DNA of 64,000 nucleotides. Source: an uncultured delta proteobacterium. Lineage in GTDB: Bacteria; Myxococcota_A; Polyangia; Polyangiales; Polyangiaceae. Below, piece by piece: positions 60,299-64,000 of this stretch; position 1 is the stretch's first letter, and each line of letters starts with the position of its first letter. The notes under the pieces were generated by a model, which ran no database searches, was not told the origin of the DNA, and saw nothing but the letters and a program-made list of their open reading frames with translations. Both the position numbers and the translations under genes were made by a program. The stretch is taken from NCBI GenBank assembly GCA_963850305.1, contig CAWKKR010000008.1, positions 416,001-480,000 of the forward strand. Reading direction: 5' to 3'.

Positions 60299-60580
60299 GA
60301 CGACGGGGCCAAGTATCATTCGAGGCGGAGCCCGGCAAGCTTCGTCGCCATGATGCAGGGCCCGCCGCAGTGAGGCCGCCGGAGTGGTGAACATCCACTC
60401 AGCATCAGCTGGCGGCGAGGCGCTTCCGGCCCGGAGTGGCTTGACGGAGCCTTCCGAGCATGGCTGACTCCCGGCCTTCGAGCGGGAGAAGCCGCATTTT
60501 CGCACCCGAGCAACCTCGCCCACACCATTTTCCACTCGGCCGCGCCCGACCGTCACCCCTTCTAGTAAGGGCGATATCCA

Positions 60581-60730
60581 ATGAAGCGAACGTATCAGCC
60601 CCACAATCTCAGCCGCGTCCGAACCCACGGTTTTCGAAGGCGCCTGCGTTCGAAAGGGGGCCGTAACGTCCTCAAGAACCGCAGGCAAAAAGGCCGGTGG
60701 CGCTTGAGTGTGACGGCTTACAAGAAGTAG
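60581..60730 (+). CDS. rpmH: 50S ribosomal protein L34 (absent from the ORF track)
   Basis: [44 protein letters not shown]. Confidence 0.97.
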   Translation: MKRTYQPHNLSRVRTHGFRRRLRSKGGRNVLKNRRQKGRWRLSVTAYKK

Positions 60731-61155
60731 TGCCGGGTGCGAGCCCCGTCGGACGGTTCCCGCCCGCCCAGCGCGTGCGCAAGCGCCGCGAATTCAGGGC
60801 GGCTCAGGATCAGGGACGAAAGGCCAACACACCACACTTCGTTCTTCTCTTGTTCGCCCGAGGCGAGTCGGGACCGACGCGGCTCGGAGTCGTGGCCTCG
60901 CGAAAAGTCGGATCAGCAGTTACCCGTAATCGCGCGAAGCGACTGATCCGAGAGGCATTTCGCGCAACCCGAGACCTGTTCATGCCCGGAATCGACCTCG
61001 TCGTCATCGTCCGCAAGAGCCCAGGTGGACTCACCCTCGACACCGTCGCGAACGAGTGGCGTCGCGCTGCGGACGTCATCGACAGACGCATGTCGGAGGC
61101 TCGCGTGGACCTCGAGCGGCGACTGGCGAGCGCGATCGACCGGAGCGCCCAGTGA
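60730..61155 (+). CDS. rnpA: RNase P protein component
   Basis: [28 protein letters not shown]; follows rpmH. Confidence 0.95.
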   Translation: MPGASPVGRFPPAQRVRKRREFRAAQDQGRKANTPHFVLLLFARGESGPTRLGVVASRKVGSAVTRNRAKRLIREAFRATRDLFMPGIDLVVIVRKSPGGLTLDTVANEWRRAADVIDRRMSEARVDLERRLASAIDRSAQ

Positions 61156-61397
61156 GCCAGTTGCTCGTCCTCCTCATCCGAGCGTACCGGCTCCTTCTGT
61201 CTCCGCTGCTGGGGCCATCCTGTCGGTTCGAGCCATCGTGCTCGGTCTACGCCATCGCCTGCATCGAACGTCACGGCGTCATCCACGGGGGATGGCTGTC
61301 GATTCGCCGCTTGTTGCGGTGCCATCCATGGAACCCGGGCGGGCACGATCCGCCGCCGCTCCACCAGCACGACGGCCGCGCGCCGCACCAGGCCTGA
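61152..61397 (+). CDS. yidD: Membrane protein insertion efficiency factor
   Basis: CRFEPSCSVY...HG...RLLRCHPWNPGGHDP. Confidence 0.95.
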   Translation: MSQLLVLLIRAYRLLLSPLLGPSCRFEPSCSVYAIACIERHGVIHGGWLSIRRLLRCHPWNPGGHDPPPLHQHDGRAPHQA

Positions 61398-61408
61398 GAA
61401 GGTAGATC

Positions 61409-63220
61409 ATGGACAGGAGCGGCTCACTCCGTTTCATTCTGCTCGGCATCGCCGGCGTGTTCGTCTTCATGGCGATGCAGAAGTTGACGAAGGGCGAGCA
61501 CGAATCGGCGCGCCAGCCCCTCGGCGAGGAGTCGCACCTCGTACCCGCCGATCGAGCGCCGGAGAAGATGTGCGACATCTGGTCGCCTCTTTTCCACGCG
61601 CGGCTCCGGTCGCACGGAGGGACGCTCACGCACTTTCAGCTCCTCACGGCGAAGTACGAACGGAAGGGCGTCCCCGACGATCTCTCCACGACGCCCGATC
61701 CGGGGACGGAGCACGAGTTTCGCCAGCAACTCTTCACGCGGTTTCGCGGTGACGGTCACGAAGATCCGGCGGCCCCGTGGAGCGTGGACGTCGATTCGGT
61801 GGATTTCACGATTGCGCGAAGCGACGGGAGGACGTGCGCCTTCGTCTATCGCGACGCGAAAGTCGAGATCGATCGGACGATAAGCGCGACGGGCCGTCCC
61901 TACGAGCTGGACGTCAAGGACGACATCGAGAACGTCGGCTCGAAGCCGATGAAGCATCAGGTCAGCATCGACACGGTAGCGTGGCGGACGACCGATGAAG
62001 TCAAATCCAAGATGTTCCGCATCAGCCCGTACGTGACACGGGTCGAGTGCATGCCGGAAGTCGGAAAGGCGGTACGCCTCCTTCCGAACAACTTCGAACC
62101 AAAGGACTTCAAGGAACCGGCGTTTGCGAAGACGGCGCTGAACCCGGACGGAGATTGGTATGCAGTCCACGAGCCACCGGCGTTCGCGGCGGTTTCGAAC
62201 GCTTACTTTTCGCATGCGATCGTTCCCATCGCCGGGCCCGTCACCCCGGAGTGCCAGCTTCAGATCGAAGACCGCTGGGACTACAGGCGCTACGAGCACG
62301 CCTCCGACGACCCAAACGCCGGCGCAATGTACAGGGCGCGCCTCGCGTATCCCGTACGGATCCTCGCTCCTCACGAGTCCGCGAACTACGACGTACTCAC
62401 CTACATCGGGCCCAAGGAACGCGACGTGCTCGCGCAGGCGGGCGGCGGAACGCACCGGCTGAACGATCTCATCGACCTCGGCTTCTTCGCACCCGTCGCG
62501 AAGATCCTCGTCGGATTCCTGCTGAAGGTGCACTCGGTGATCCCGAACTGGGGCGTCGCGATCATCTTGTTGACGGTGACGGCCCGCACGCTGCTGTTCC
62601 CGCTGTCATGGCCCGGCGTCCAGAACATGGTCCGGATGCGCGAGATCAAGCCGGAGATGGACGCGCTGAACGAGAAGTACAAGGACGACTCGAAAGGGCG
62701 CGGCCTCGCCCAGATGGAGCTCTGGCGGAAGCACAAGGTGAACCCGTTCAAGGGTTGCCTGCCGCAGCTCGCCTCCATGCCCGTGTGGTTCGCCCTCTAC
62801 ACGACGCTCCAGACGGCGGTCGAACTCTACAACATCCCGTTTCTGTGGTTCCCGGATCTCTCGCAGCGCGATCCGCTGTTCATCCTGCCCTTCGTCATCG
62901 GCGGCACGTACTTCTTTCAGCAGCGCATGATGCCGATGCAAGGCGGTGACCCGGCCCAGCAAAAGCTGATGAAGTACATGATGCCCATCATGTTCACCGT
63001 GTTCATGCTGTTTTTGCCGTCGGGGCTCGGCGTCTACATGTTCACCAACAGCGTCCTCGCGATCTCCCAGCAAGCGCTGGTCGAGCGATATGCCAAGCGA
63101 TCGCTCGGAAACAAGCCGGGAGACATCGTCGTGAAGACGAACGACCCCGGAGCGACGGGCGGACAGAAAAATTCCAGGCGCGAAGCAGGCGCAAGGAACT
63201 CGCCGACGGCGCGTTCCTGA
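61409..63220 (+). CDS. yidC: Membrane protein insertase
   Basis: YIGPK, NWGVAIILLT, NPFKGCLP, WFPDLSQRDP, PSGLGVY. Confidence 0.97.
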   Translation: MDRSGSLRFILLGIAGVFVFMAMQKLTKGEHESARQPLGEESHLVPADRAPEKMCDIWSPLFHARLRSHGGTLTHFQLLTAKYERKGVPDDLSTTPDPGTEHEFRQQLFTRFRGDGHEDPAAPWSVDVDSVDFTIARSDGRTCAFVYRDAKVEIDRTISATGRPYELDVKDDIENVGSKPMKHQVSIDTVAWRTTDEVKSKMFRISPYVTRVECMPEVGKAVRLLPNNFEPKDFKEPAFAKTALNPDGDWYAVHEPPAFAAVSNAYFSHAIVPIAGPVTPECQLQIEDRWDYRRYEHASDDPNAGAMYRARLAYPVRILAPHESANYDVLTYIGPKERDVLAQAGGGTHRLNDLIDLGFFAPVAKILVGFLLKVHSVIPNWGVAIILLTVTARTLLFPLSWPGVQNMVRMREIKPEMDALNEKYKDDSKGRGLAQMELWRKHKVNPFKGCLPQLASMPVWFALYTTLQTAVELYNIPFLWFPDLSQRDPLFILPFVIGGTYFFQQRMMPMQGGDPAQQKLMKYMMPIMFTVFMLFLPSGLGVYMFTNSVLAISQQALVERYAKRSLGNKPGDIVVKTNDPGATGGQKNSRREAGARNSPTARS

Positions 63221-63241
63221 AACAAAAAGGCACCAGTACAA

Positions 63242-63844
63242 ATGAGCGATGCGAACCAGGACCAAACGATCGACGAGGGGTGGGACGAGAACGAAGACGC
63301 GGGCACGGCCGGGGAATCGTCGGCGGAGGGTGGACACATCCCCGAGAGGCGCCCCGACGACGGCCCTCCTTACGAGGGCGACGAACGCGCGAAATCGGCG
63401 TTGGCGTTCGTGGTCGAGATTCTGGACGAGATGGAAATGGATTGCGACGCCGAGCTACGGCGCCCGAAGCCAGAAGAACCGAACGAAATCTGCGTGGAGA
63501 TCTTCGGCAGGGACGCCGGCCGGATCATCGGCAAGAAGGGCCAGGTCCTCACGGCGTTTCAGTATTTGACCAATCGCGTGGTCAACCGACCGGGCCTCGA
63601 CAAACGCTACGTCACCGTCGACGCGGAAGGATATCGGAGCCGCCGCGACGACACGCTCACGACGATGGCGCGCCGCCTCGGCAAGCAAGCCGTGACGGAA
63701 GGCAAGATCATCACGTTCGAGCCCATGAACCCGCGCGATCGCCGGGTCATTCACCTCGCACTCGCAAAGTTCGAGGGCGTCGTGACCAAGAGCGAGGGCG
63801 AGGGCGAGGACCGTCGCGTCCAAATCATCCCGGTTCGGCGCTGA
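63242..63844 (+). CDS. jag: Jag/EloR (KhpB) KH-R3H RNA-binding protein
   Basis: IIGKKGQVL KH motif; PMNPRDRRVIH R3H motif. Confidence 0.95.
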   Translation: MSDANQDQTIDEGWDENEDAGTAGESSAEGGHIPERRPDDGPPYEGDERAKSALAFVVEILDEMEMDCDAELRRPKPEEPNEICVEIFGRDAGRIIGKKGQVLTAFQYLTNRVVNRPGLDKRYVTVDAEGYRSRRDDTLTTMARRLGKQAVTEGKIITFEPMNPRDRRVIHLALAKFEGVVTKSEGEGEDRRVQIIPVRR

Positions 63845-63863
63845 CCCACGAGGGCCCCGGCGC

Positions 63864-64000
63864 TCACGCGGCGCCGAGCGCACCCTCGCCGACGGCTGCG
63901 CTGTCGGGGCTGTGGGTCTGCACCGACTCCGCGCGGAACGGGCCCAGGCCCTTTCGCCGGAGCTCGGCCGCCGCGAGCTCCTGATAGCGGGCGTTCCGCA
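63864..64000 (-). CDS. 3' end of a convergent gene (partial)
   Basis: Open frame ...RNARYQELAAAELRRKGLGPF...GAA* extends past the window edge. Confidence 0.45.
   Translation of the reverse strand, partial: RNARYQELAAAELRRKGLGPFRAESVQTHSPDSAAVGEGALGAA

Noticed and set aside
60299..60580. oriC, or a confident Zur box or promoter, between rpmG and rpmH
   Set aside because: No DnaA boxes or AT-rich unwinding element. TTGACG at 60441 lacks a good -10, and only a Zur half-site-like word is present.
1..64000. tRNA or rRNA genes, integrase, intact transposase or reverse transcriptase
   Set aside because: None recognised by eye; tRNAscan and HMM searches were not run.

Overview
High-GC bacterial DNA, most consistent with a myxobacterium (Polyangiales-like). 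This inference rests on the Gly/Cys-rich 'DAG' lipoproteins, kinase-AAA-TPR giants, a Myxococcales Cys-rich repeat and a TSP3-OmpA protein. The left 28 kb is accessory. It holds a sigma54 activator and a P450, three paralogous Ser/Thr kinase-STAND-TPR genes, secreted Cys-rich lipoproteins (including a PHM-like copper monooxygenase and a di-iron ferritin-like protein) and a divergent PFK. The right part is more conserved: a moxR-DUF58-bat operon, rlmI-like, moaD, RNase HII-like, MATE, KirBac, GT14, an mlaD-cytochrome-ethA cluster, OmpA, rpmG and rpmH-rnpA-yidD-yidC-jag. Most of the unusual signal is intergenic. (1) Three multi-variant 21-bp tandem arrays each close a stack of gene scraps (vapBC, parDE, Rpn-like, IS91-like transposase); two are fused to the same 86-bp IS91-derived head. 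(2) A 70-bp BIME/REPIN-like family carries GTAG...CTAC terminal modules that overlap host stop codons. (3) There is a group II intron 3' end remnant. (4) Two sigma54 promoters share an enhancer architecture. About 11 single-base frameshifts are probably long-read errors. All family calls are from motif recognition by eye; no searches were run.
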